64,000 nucleotides of DNA from Camelus ferus (taxonomy: Eukaryota). Positions 54,776 to 64,000 of the stretch are shown piece by piece. The notes beneath the pieces are model-generated. The model had not been told where the DNA came from and did no database searches. It worked only from the letters and a program-made list of their open reading frames with translations. The stretch's first letter is position 1. Each line of letters begins with the position of its first letter. The stretch is taken from the NCBI RefSeq assembly GCF_009834535.1, contig NC_045697.1:51152001-51216000 (forward strand). The letters are read 5' to 3'. Both the position numbers and the translations under genes were made by a program.

Positions 54776-56040
54776 TGCCAATTCTGCCATAGTACTCTCT
54801 AGAGTACTGGCAACTGCCCACATTTCATATGGCATGCCAATACTAAAAAGAAAAAAAAAAGGCTAAAAAAATTTCAGGCACACTCAGCTAAACTAAGCAG
54901 TCTTAAAATGGCAACTATGTCAACTGAGGCATACTTTTTATCTTGTGCCAGTATATCTGCCTTTGATGTTTCCTTTATTTTCCTTATGCCACTGTTCTTA
55001 TTGAACCAGAAAGAGATAATTCTGAGTTCAGTAAGCTACACTATTATTTCAAAAGTCCTGAAAGTTCTTCAGACACCCACGAATGAACTCAGAACTCCCA
55101 TTACAATATTCCTTCCAAGAGATTCACAGAAAAGGATGATTATTTATGATGCTCACTTCACAGATAAAAGCTGAGTAGGTGAAGGGTGGAAGGACTGAAT
55201 CGTCTGCAAAGACGGGCACGGTTCCTGCTTCCTTCTCCTGTCTTCTCTCCTTCGGAAACTTTGGATCTCCTTCATGCTACACAAGTATAAACTCAGAGGT
55301 TCATGAAGTCTATGATTCAAAAGTTAAACTTAGGAAAAGGGGGCTCTTTCCTTTACACGACGCCATCTCTCTAGATTCAAAGCCCTAACTCACCATTTGG
55401 CGGTAGAAAAAAATGGCCAGGCACGAAACTACGTACAACAGCCCAGAACAAGGCCCCACCTCCCGGATCTGGCGGTCAGGGCCTCCCGCTAACAAAGTGT
55501 CTGGTCTGCGCTTCCGCACCCGCTTTCCAACCGGCCCGGGCCGCCCTTCTCCAGCCTGCCAGCCAGCTCCACGCACCGCAGTTCTGCCCTCCCGCGAGGG
55601 CCCGGAACCCGGCCCTCGAAAGCTCACTTTCATCTTTCAGCCACCCGCGCGCCACTGCTCAGGCGACGGCTGATGGCGTCACCTCTACTTCCGCCTGCGG
55701 CTGCGTTCTAATCACCAGCAAGGAAGGAAGAAGGGAGGTCTGAGGGCTGCGTGTGGGGGGGAAATAGCGAGAAAAGAGAAATCCGGGTGTTCGCGGGTGC
55801 TACGACAGTAACTGCGCGCCTCCTCTGTCCTCACCGTCCCCCCATCGGAAGTCGCCTTAGGCACACTTCCCTGGTCTCTGGGTAGTCTCCCTTCCGCTGG
55901 GTCTCCCGACACCCCGGTCTCCCTCTTTGCCTCTAACCGCCCCCCCCCCCCGCTCCCTCACGCTCCCTCACGCTCCTCACGCTCCCTCCCTCCCATCGTC
56001 AGGCTCCCCGCCCTTAGTATCGCGAGACGAGGTGAGAGCT

Positions 56041-56102
56041 GGCGGAGCGGCGGCGGCGGCGGCGGCAGTAGAGGTGACCGAGGCGGTGGCGGCGGAGGCG
56101 GC
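56041..56102 (+). repeat. (GGC)n tracts in the presumed 5' UTR
   Basis: ggcggagcggcggcggcggcggcggcag ... ggcggtggcggcggaggcggc. Confidence 0.85.
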
Positions 56103-56197
56103 ACCGAGTGCTGTGTCGGCCCCGGTGAGGCCGAAGTCGCGGTAGAGCGTAGCCCCCACGCCCCTCCCCCGCCCGCGCCCTCCCTCTTTCCCCGGGG

Positions 56198-56217
56198 ATG
56201 GAGAAGGCGACGGTTCC

Positions 56218-56250
<33 letters not shown>

Positions 56251-56608
56251 TGAGGGAGAAGGGAGCCCCCCGGCGGTGGTGGCTGTGGCGGGCCCCCCCG
56301 CGGCGGCGGCGGCGGTGGAGGTCGGCGGAGGCGTTGGCGGCGGCAGCGGGGCTCGCTCGGCCTCGTCTCCTCGTGGGATGGTGCGAGTCTGCGACCTGCT
56401 CCTGAAGAAGAAGCCGCCGCAGCAGCAACACCACAAGGCCAAGCGTAACCGGACTTGCCGACCCCCCAGCAGCAGCGAAAGCAGCAGCGACAGCGACAAC
56501 AGCGGCGGCGGTGGAGGCGGCGGAGGAGGAGGTGGCGGCGGCGGCACCAGCAGCAACAACAGTGAGGAAGAAGAGGACGACGACGACGAGGAAGAGGAGG
56601 TTTCTGAG
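56198..56608 (+). CDS. ANKRD17: Ankyrin repeat domain-containing protein 17 (MASK2), coding exon 1 (137 codons); gene continues beyond the window
   Basis: MEKATVPV...SPRGMVRVCDLLLKKKPPQQQHHKAKRNRTCRPPSSSESSSDSDNS(G)nTSSNNSEEEEDDDDEEEEVSE matches the recalled human ANKRD17 N-terminus; strong Kozak gggATGG; similarity ends at VSE, followed by GCAAGG. Confidence 0.96.
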
Positions 56609-59600
56609 GCAAGGGCCTGGTTTCAAAAGAACGAGGGAGGAAGGGAGGGTTAAGGGTAGGGGCCAAAGGTGGGAGGGAACTTGAGGTGGGACAGATTCCT
56701 GTGGGGTTGATCTGTCTTAGGGGCCAAGCTTTCCACTGCCCTCTTTCTTTTCCCGGCCGAAATCGTGAGGTGTGGGCATGTGGGGGAGGGTAGCTGACAC
56801 GTGGGGGTGGGAGGACCACAGAGTCCGCAGAGTTGGTGAACAGCACGTTACCCTGGGATGGTTCTCACGGTTAAGGATGGAGGGAATTGGTTAGATTCCC
56901 TATTTGCACACCCAGCGGGGTCGGCCTGAGGCCAGTAAGGCCATGTTACTCCTGGGGCGGGGGCGGGACCATAGCGGGAGGGGTAAGATAATAGGTAGAT
57001 GAGGCTCTTGGGGAACGGCTAGGAGGTTGGTAAATTTCTCCCACTTGTGAGGTGGAGGGGAGCAGTTTTTTGGGGGAGGCAAGGTTGTAATGGACTCACA
57101 ACTAAGTATCTGTGTATGTGAGAGACACGTGAGAAGCTGTACTTTTCCATACTGTTCTGCTGCAGGTTTTTTTCATAACTATTGTGGCTGGCGAAGTAAC
57201 CTTCACTTCTTCCGTTTCTCAGGGATTTTGGATGAACTGATCCTATATCTCTGTACATTTATATATAACTCAGTGGACAAAAAATATATTTGATCCTTAC
57301 ATATACACACTCATACATTTTCAAATGCTTCCTTAGTGAGCAAGAATTAAGCTAGGCCCTGTTGCTTTCCACATAACATAGGCAGCTAAAGAGTCTGCTT
57401 TGGAGCCAGGCTTGGTTGTGGTGAGTTGGAATAGGAAGGCCTCTTGGTTTGTCCTAGTGATCTGGTTTCATAATAACTGTTTATAATTTTTCCTGGGTCC
57501 ACAGATAGGCGGCGTTGCAGGACCTCATTCTTCAAAAAGAAGGTCATTTAACCAAAAGCTCGGTAAAACATACCATACTGAGAACAAACTAAGAGTTAGC
57601 CTTACTAGTTATCATCTCTTTTGTAACTCTCTTGTCCACTCCCTGAAATGGAAGCTAGAAAATCTTGATCTGAAGAAAGAAGTTGTAACTTAAGGCAGCA
57701 GAAAGAAAACAGCTCTAAAGGCTAATTATAAATTTAGTCATAAGAAAGAACAACTGAATTATCTAGAAGTACCACTTGCCAGTTATTCTCTTCCACAAAC
57801 ACAGCTAATTTTGGTGCAAGGCTAGTTTTTTGAAAATTACATTATTGGATCTTGGGTTCTGTTCAAATAGGGAAAATATCTTTTAAAGAGTTTGAATCTT
57901 GTCTGTTAGTCAAAGACCAGATTCTCTTTTACCTGGGACTGGATGAAGTTATAGAGATAGAAATGTAATACTTAAAGTATGTAGACCAAAAAGATGGACA
58001 CTTCCCGCTATTCCATTTAACCTACTGAATTCTAAGCATAGGTTTGTATTGATAGGTTTTGTATTGACATGGGTTGGGTATTTCAGGATAGTGTGTTACT
58101 CAGGCTGTATTTGAAACAGTGAAGAGAAGGATGTGACAGGATCCTTATTCCCATTAAAATCTATTGTGGTAGTTAGAATCATTCAATTGTATTATTTTTA
58201 CAGAGATAAAAAAAATTTTAGAAAAATCTCATCCAGCACTTTTATTTTAAAAATGAGGAAAACAGGTGTTTTGTTTTTGTTTTGAGAAAACTGGTTGTGA
58301 TGAGTAGCAGCAAAAGTGGAAATCAAAGCTTTCAAATGATTCAGACCAGTATACTTTATGACAATTTATTTTTTCTACCTCCCTCCTGACCTTTTTCAAA
58401 AAACAGGCAATGAATTGCAAGGTAACACAGTCATGCAGCTATGGACAAAATACCAATATTTTATTAAGATTTTAAATCCTCTGAAGAAATGTTACCATAT
58501 TGAGTGGAGTACTTACTGAAATACTATGCTGTAAACTTTACATACATAGATAAGTTCTGTCCATTGGAATTTGGCCTAATAAGCAAAACTCTTAGTAATT
58601 CCTTAAATCATGTAGGCTTAAGTTTGTAGGTGTCTTAGTTTTGTGAGGTTTGTTTTTCCTTGGAAGTTGGGAATGGTATATGCTGATTGGTCAACTAAGG
58701 GAGTGTTTTCTTTATTTTTAATGTACTTTATTCTGTCATCTGCACAGTGGTGTAAACAATGGGTTTGTCATTTGTTGTGGAGATGAGTCAGGAGAAATTA
58801 GCGTAAGGAAGTACAACCATTAAAAATAAATCTATACAGGTACATGATGAGGGATAAGCAGACAGGAGTACAGTATTTCTCTGTACCTGTCTCCATCCTT
58901 GACCAAAATAGAGAAATAAACCTAATCATCACAGTACACTATAAGCTAAATGGATGAGTTGTGCAGTGCTTTTCATTTCTTTACCATTTTATTAACATGT
59001 CAGTAGAAGTTTAACTTTCTATAGCTAGGAGGTCTTGTGGCTAATACTTAATTGTACTTAAGTCTTTTCTCTAATTCATTCTGTTATTGGCTACAGAATG
59101 AAAAATATGGATAAAATCCTTGAGATTATCCTTTCCAATAAAAGTCATTGAAAGGTTAAGAAGGAGTAGAAAGGTTATAGTTTTGAGGTATTTAACTTGA
59201 AATAATAGAGGATAGTTTAACAAAAATATATATGTTGGCTGTCATAAAATGGTAGCTGAATATTCTGTATATCTCCTGAAAGATGAAACATTGGAAGGAA
59301 AGGAGATTCAATTTAAATAAAAGCTTTATTTGAATGTTCAAGAAAAAGAATCTAATTTTTACTAAATGTTAGAGTAGGTTATTGAGAATTGGATTTTCTC
59401 TTCAGTATTTCAGAGTAGAATAATCATGTTTTAGATAATTTGCATAACTTCAGATATACCTGTAAATAAAAATATAAGACCAAGAGCTCTCCTCATCCTT
59501 CTCCAACCTCCTCAGTTTGACATAAAACCTTAGATAAAAAATTGAAAATTGCATAATTTTCTCAGTACCCATTGCTTTCAATGGATGACTGACCAATATG

Positions 59601-60628
59601 GAAATAGGCAGAAACGTATTTCCTAACATGAAAGCTCTGATGCACTTCTTTTCCAGATAGTGGACTAAATTAATTGAATAGCTTACTCGAATATTACAAG
59701 AAAAAAAATGTTGAAGTTGCAAGAATTGATATTCCATTTCAGAAATAACATTGCCTTCTCTTGAATTTAATTTTAAATGTAATTGGATGGCATCAGTTTT
59801 TGCTAAAGCAGAATTCAAAGGGGGAAAAAACTTGCTGTTAAAGGTAGAACTCATGTTCAAAAGTAACATTGTTTAAGATGCATAAAATATAAGTATAGTA
59901 GGAATTGATCAGAAGTCCATCTGTATTTGATAGGTAATTTGAGGCTTTAAATTTAAGAGACAAATCTAGTGGAAAAGTTTTAGGCAAGGGAAGCTAGTAA
60001 ATAAGTACTGACTTAATCATCCCCTTTTGAAAGGATTTGCAAGGCCAAGGAGAATCTGTTTATAGACAAACATGAAAGATGTAGGATTGAGAAAGAGGGA
60101 GGAAGAACAGTTATTTCAGAAGTAGATTGTATTTCCTCAAGTTCACTTTCAAATCTTTTTCTGTTAGCTTTTTTAATAGAAAAATGCTAAGTTCCTCTGT
60201 TGTAATGGTAGAATCCTAGATTAGCTCAAAGAAGCTTACTTGTTCACCAGTTTCATCTCTTAATTGACAAAGCATTATTTGTAAACGAGATGTGAAGATC
60301 TTCGAAGCAGTAGTTCTGTCATAATTATCTTGTCTCCTATTCTACTGAAGCACAGTACTTGCTAAAAAATTTTACAGTGAATAACTGGTAACTAGGGAGG
60401 ATCCAGAATTCATTTAGAAAACCACGAGAAGAAATAGAATTTTTTCCTTCCTTCTTGGATCCATTGCTGCTGAATAGCTGAAGTTTGGATTTCAAGGTCT
60501 TTTAATGACTTAATTACTTCTGTTAGTGATGGTGATCTCTCATAGGTATTGGGGGAAAGCCATTTAAACCAATGGACATTGATTGTTGAGTGCCTGATAA
60601 ATACCTTAAACCACCTAGATATAGTTAC

Positions 60629-60764
60629 TTCCCCTCCCTCATTTTTGAGGGGGAGGTAATTAGGTTTATTTATTTATTTGTTTTTTCATGGAAGTACTGG
60701 GGATTGAACCCAGGACCTTGTGCATGCTAAGCAGGTATTCTACCACTGAGCTATACCCTCCTTC
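60629..60764 (-). mobile_element. tRNA-Ala-derived camelid-type SINE, long form
   Basis: 'gggggaggtaattaggtttatttattt...gtactggggattgaacccaggacc...taccactgagctataccctc'; TSD cctagatatagttac (60614-60628) / cctagatatatttac (60765-60779). Confidence 0.93.
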
Positions 60765-60834
60765 CCTAGATATATTTACATTTTAAAACCACAATAAAAA
60801 GTACTATTTAATCAGTACCTAATGTGTGTCAAGT

Positions 60835-61015
60835 CTGACATAATGGTGAAGAGCAGGAATGGAGCTTGGATTCATATCCTTGATTCATCACTCACTAGCT
60901 TTGTGATCTTGGGCAAGGTATATAACCTCTTTCCAGTTTCCTCATATGTTAAGTGGTGATAATAGTAGATTCTACTTTCTAAACATTGTTATGAGAATTA
61001 AATGAGTTGATACAG
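60835..61015 (+). mobile_element. MIR SINE
   Basis: 'cactcactagctttgtgatcttgggcaagg...cagtttcctcat...ttgttatgagaattaaatgagtt'. Confidence 0.85.
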
Positions 61016-64000
61016 TTTTCACATATTCCCATTTTCACCATAACCCTATGGTGTCATTGTATTTATCTCATTATTCATAAAGGTATGGAGTTTCTACTAT
61101 ATATTAGGCATTTTGCTGTTCTGAGTAAGCAACGGTGAGCAAAACTGTTTTAAGACACACTGATTTAAAAACGCACCAATAATTAAATATGTTTGAGGAA
61201 ATATAAGAGTGAAAGTAAATGGTTAAATGTATATCCTGAATAAAGTGCCTGAGAAGTATACAAATGCTGGGAGGGGATATTCATATCCATTTTAAAGGCA
61301 AAAATACTGTCTTAGAAGGGTTTCACGTAACTGATAAGTGGCAAAGTGGGACTTAACCTGTGTCTATTTGATTCAGAGCCTGCTCATTCATTTACTTATT
61401 CACATGCTCTGTTAATGCTGTGTGATGTTGAGTGCAATATCTCATGTTGGCATTTTAGATAACTTTAAAACAAATTCAGATGGTGTAGAGAAAGATACTT
61501 TTTGGCAGTAGGGCAGTCACTGAAGACAAGTTGGCTACCCTGAGCTTTTCTTTTCTTGTTCTGAAAAATCTCACTGAAAAAAAAATACAGAAAAGTACAG
61601 ATAAATATAGTTATATTTCTCTCATTTAGAATTAAGTTGTTAACCTAATGAAACTTTATAGTGAAAAGTACTTTCTGTATAGACAATATTTTGTTTCTCC
61701 CTGCCTTTCAAGGCTTTTGCTTTTCAAGGTTATCTTTATTAAGCTAAGAAAAAATTTTTTCTTTTAAATTGGAGTTGTTAACTTGAGGTCTGGATAGGCT
61801 GTGAATACCCTGGAGTTAAACACAAGATTTTGTTGAAGGTGCTTATAAGTTTTTTTTTTTTCCTTTCCTTCCTTTCACTCGTAGTATGTATGTAAAACTT
61901 TCACTAGAGAAGTTTGTGACCACCTCCTTCCTCCCTCCCACCTTGTTATTTTGAAACATTCTCACTGCAGTGATAGTGGGAAATCAGACCAGCATTTAAA
62001 TGGATTATTTAGAATTGGAAAATTTTTTTCTAAGCTAATGTAATGAAGAAGACATTTGTGTTGTAAAATAGGGGATCCAGGATTTATCTGTTCTTTTGTT
62101 AAGCTAGCCCTATGCCTACTCTCTCTTCTCCTAAATCCTCATATTTTACCTTTTAATTGGCAAAACTTTTTCATCTAATCTGCTATGTTCTGTCAGATCT
62201 GAAGACAGAAACCTTGTCTTACACATCTCTATATCTCAGTGTGTTATATAAGTCTTAGCATCTTACCTTTGCTAGGTTTTGGTAAAGTCAGATCTCCGAA
62301 GTAAAAATAGTTCATAAATATTTCTCTTTTAGCCAGTTACCCTGGAAATATTTGGGACCTCAAGTCTTAAGATAACAGAACTTGTTTTACAGCTATTTAT
62401 GGTGGACCCTTATCAGATACTTTTATTGGATTCTGATTATTCAATTTACTCTAGTCATTAACCTTACCAACCTAATTGGAGTTAGTATTGTGAAAGTTTT
62501 CATTGTTGAATAATCATCACAGTAGTACATTTTGACTCCCAGAAATTCACTAGACTATTCGTTAGACTACTTCTACTAGCATCCAAATTAGACCATCAGT
62601 TGACTAGGAGGTTGATTTATAGGTCCTTGGGTCAGTGTATTTGTGTTCATGGCAGTGGTTTATTCTGCATTTTTATATGAAGAAAATTTAGTGGATTAGG
62701 AAATGTGGATGGACTCCCTTATAATTTTTCCATACTTGACCATAGACAATAAATTTTCACTTCATAGTGGTATATGAAGTAGTGTCTGCTGATAACACTT
62801 ACATTTTTGTTAGAACCATGAGGGGGCACCAACATCCATGATAACCTATGCCCAATCTGACTAACTTCAACTTTCACCTTTTGAAAAAAACAAGTCATTA
62901 GGAAATAGAAGGTGATGGGTAAATATGAATATCCTTTTAGTCCCTGGAACTTTACCTGTCTGCCTGTCTGGTAGAGTTATGCCTTTTCATTTGACACCCA
63001 GAAGCAAAATACCTTTCCTGACTTACGGTGTTTAAACTTACTAACTTTTTTTTTTGTCTTTAGAAACTATTTTTATCCAGTCATGAGGGAAAGTGGAATT
63101 GTGGAGCAATATAGGCATCATTTCATCATGATTTGTAATTTGGGGTTTTAATTATTGAAAGGGGGCATGCTGGAAATTTTATCTTCAGCATGTGAAGAAA
63201 TAAAGACCTATCCTGAAATTAATTATTGGTCTGAGTGTTTCCTCATAGATTGACTTTTAATTAAAGAACCTTTGAGTGAAGAATATTCCAGAGAGATCTA
63301 TGGAAAACTGATTTAACCAGTTTTGAATTTGGAATAAATAAACATTAACATGGAGTTCTATTTTCCTTTTCTTCTTTCCTATTGCTCTTAATCTGAAACC
63401 TGAGAAGAAGAGGAAGTCTTTCTGTTTGTGTTACACTAGGTCTATTTCCAGTTCAGTCTTTGACCCCATTATTGTCTTTTTCCTTCTCTGTGCCATGTTT
63501 CCCTCTTAATTTTTTTTATATGAGGTTAATAACAAAAACAGCCCTGTTGCAAAGCCTCTGGTGTAGTTCTTACTAGTGTGAGATTCGGTATAGGAATTGA
63601 TTGTTTTACTTGCCAAACATTTATTGGGTATCTACTTTGTGTGGCTGTTTTTAGTATGTAGTAATCTTAACCATTTCCTCCTCAGTGAATATGAAAAAGT
63701 TAGCTATATTTAAAATAATAGCTCTATGTGTTGTAGTTAATAAAACTTTAAAACTTGCATACATGAAAACTTAGCACAGTGATGGAATTCTGTCTTTCGT
63801 GATTTTTAGAAGATAAGTACAACTATTAGTATATTTTTTAAACTAAATTTATATACAAAGCATAATTGAAGCCTAGCAAAATCACTTAGGAATTATGAGG
63901 GTTTTGAAGAAACTGAGACATTATTCCCAGCTTCATAAAATTAAAATCTTGTTGAGACAAAATTAATAATTTTAAACTACAAGGATGATACTGCTTTACT

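Larger units (their letters stand above)
55395..56980. promoter_or_regulatory. ANKRD17: CpG island / ANKRD17 promoter and first exon
   Basis: Abrupt shift to GC- and CpG-rich sequence; ETS-type CTTCCG at 55510 and 55688; GC box ccccgccc 56006-56013; TATCGCGAGA 56018-56027; no TATA box seen. Confidence 0.92.
56609..64000 (+). other. ANKRD17: ANKRD17 intron 1 (5' part)
   Basis: Follows exon 1; the expected continuation (VESFILDQ..) is not seen in the remaining sequence or in the ORF track. Confidence 0.85.

Noticed and set aside
56378..56380. Second in-frame ATG (MVRVCDLL) in good Kozak context
   Set aside because: The first ATG is already in strong context; no sequence evidence for alternative initiation.
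56609..56653. ORF-track tail ARAWFQKNEGGREG* of the 151-aa ORF
   Set aside because: Read-through into intron 1; similarity to ANKRD17 ends at VSE.
55958..56846. Long minus-strand ORFs (222, 289, 181 aa) over ANKRD17 exon 1
   Set aside because: Shadow frames of GC-rich triplet-repeat sequence that is depleted of stop codons; low-complexity translations with no recognisable domain.
59450..59869. 139-aa minus-strand ORF in intron 1
   Set aside because: No recognisable homology; AT-rich chance ORF.

Overview
Mammalian genomic DNA, most likely a camelid (camel/alpaca/llama), judged from four copies of a tRNA-Ala-derived SINE resembling the camelid Vic-1 family. The first ~55 kb is AT-rich, repeat-dense intergenic sequence: L1, L2, MIR, MaLR/ERVL remnants, hAT and Tigger DNA-transposon fossils, and a short processed STX8 pseudogene. 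It is followed by a CpG island holding the promoter and first coding exon of ANKRD17 (+ strand, ATG at 56198) and the start of intron 1. ANKRD17 exon 1 is the only supportable functional coding sequence; nearly all other listed ORFs are chance or decayed repeat frames. I found no evidence of a novel biological system. The best second-look items are: an apparent GC (non-GT) splice donor on ANKRD17 exon 1 with flanking G-runs; a pure GCG poly-Ala expansion relative to human; a candidate divergent spliced transcript; a tail-less SINE with a perfect 18-bp TSD; an inverted L1 patch at an L1 deletion junction; and a strong CTCF-like motif. Repeat subfamily names and human comparisons come from recall of consensus/protein sequences, not from searches. 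Boundaries of old repeats are approximate.
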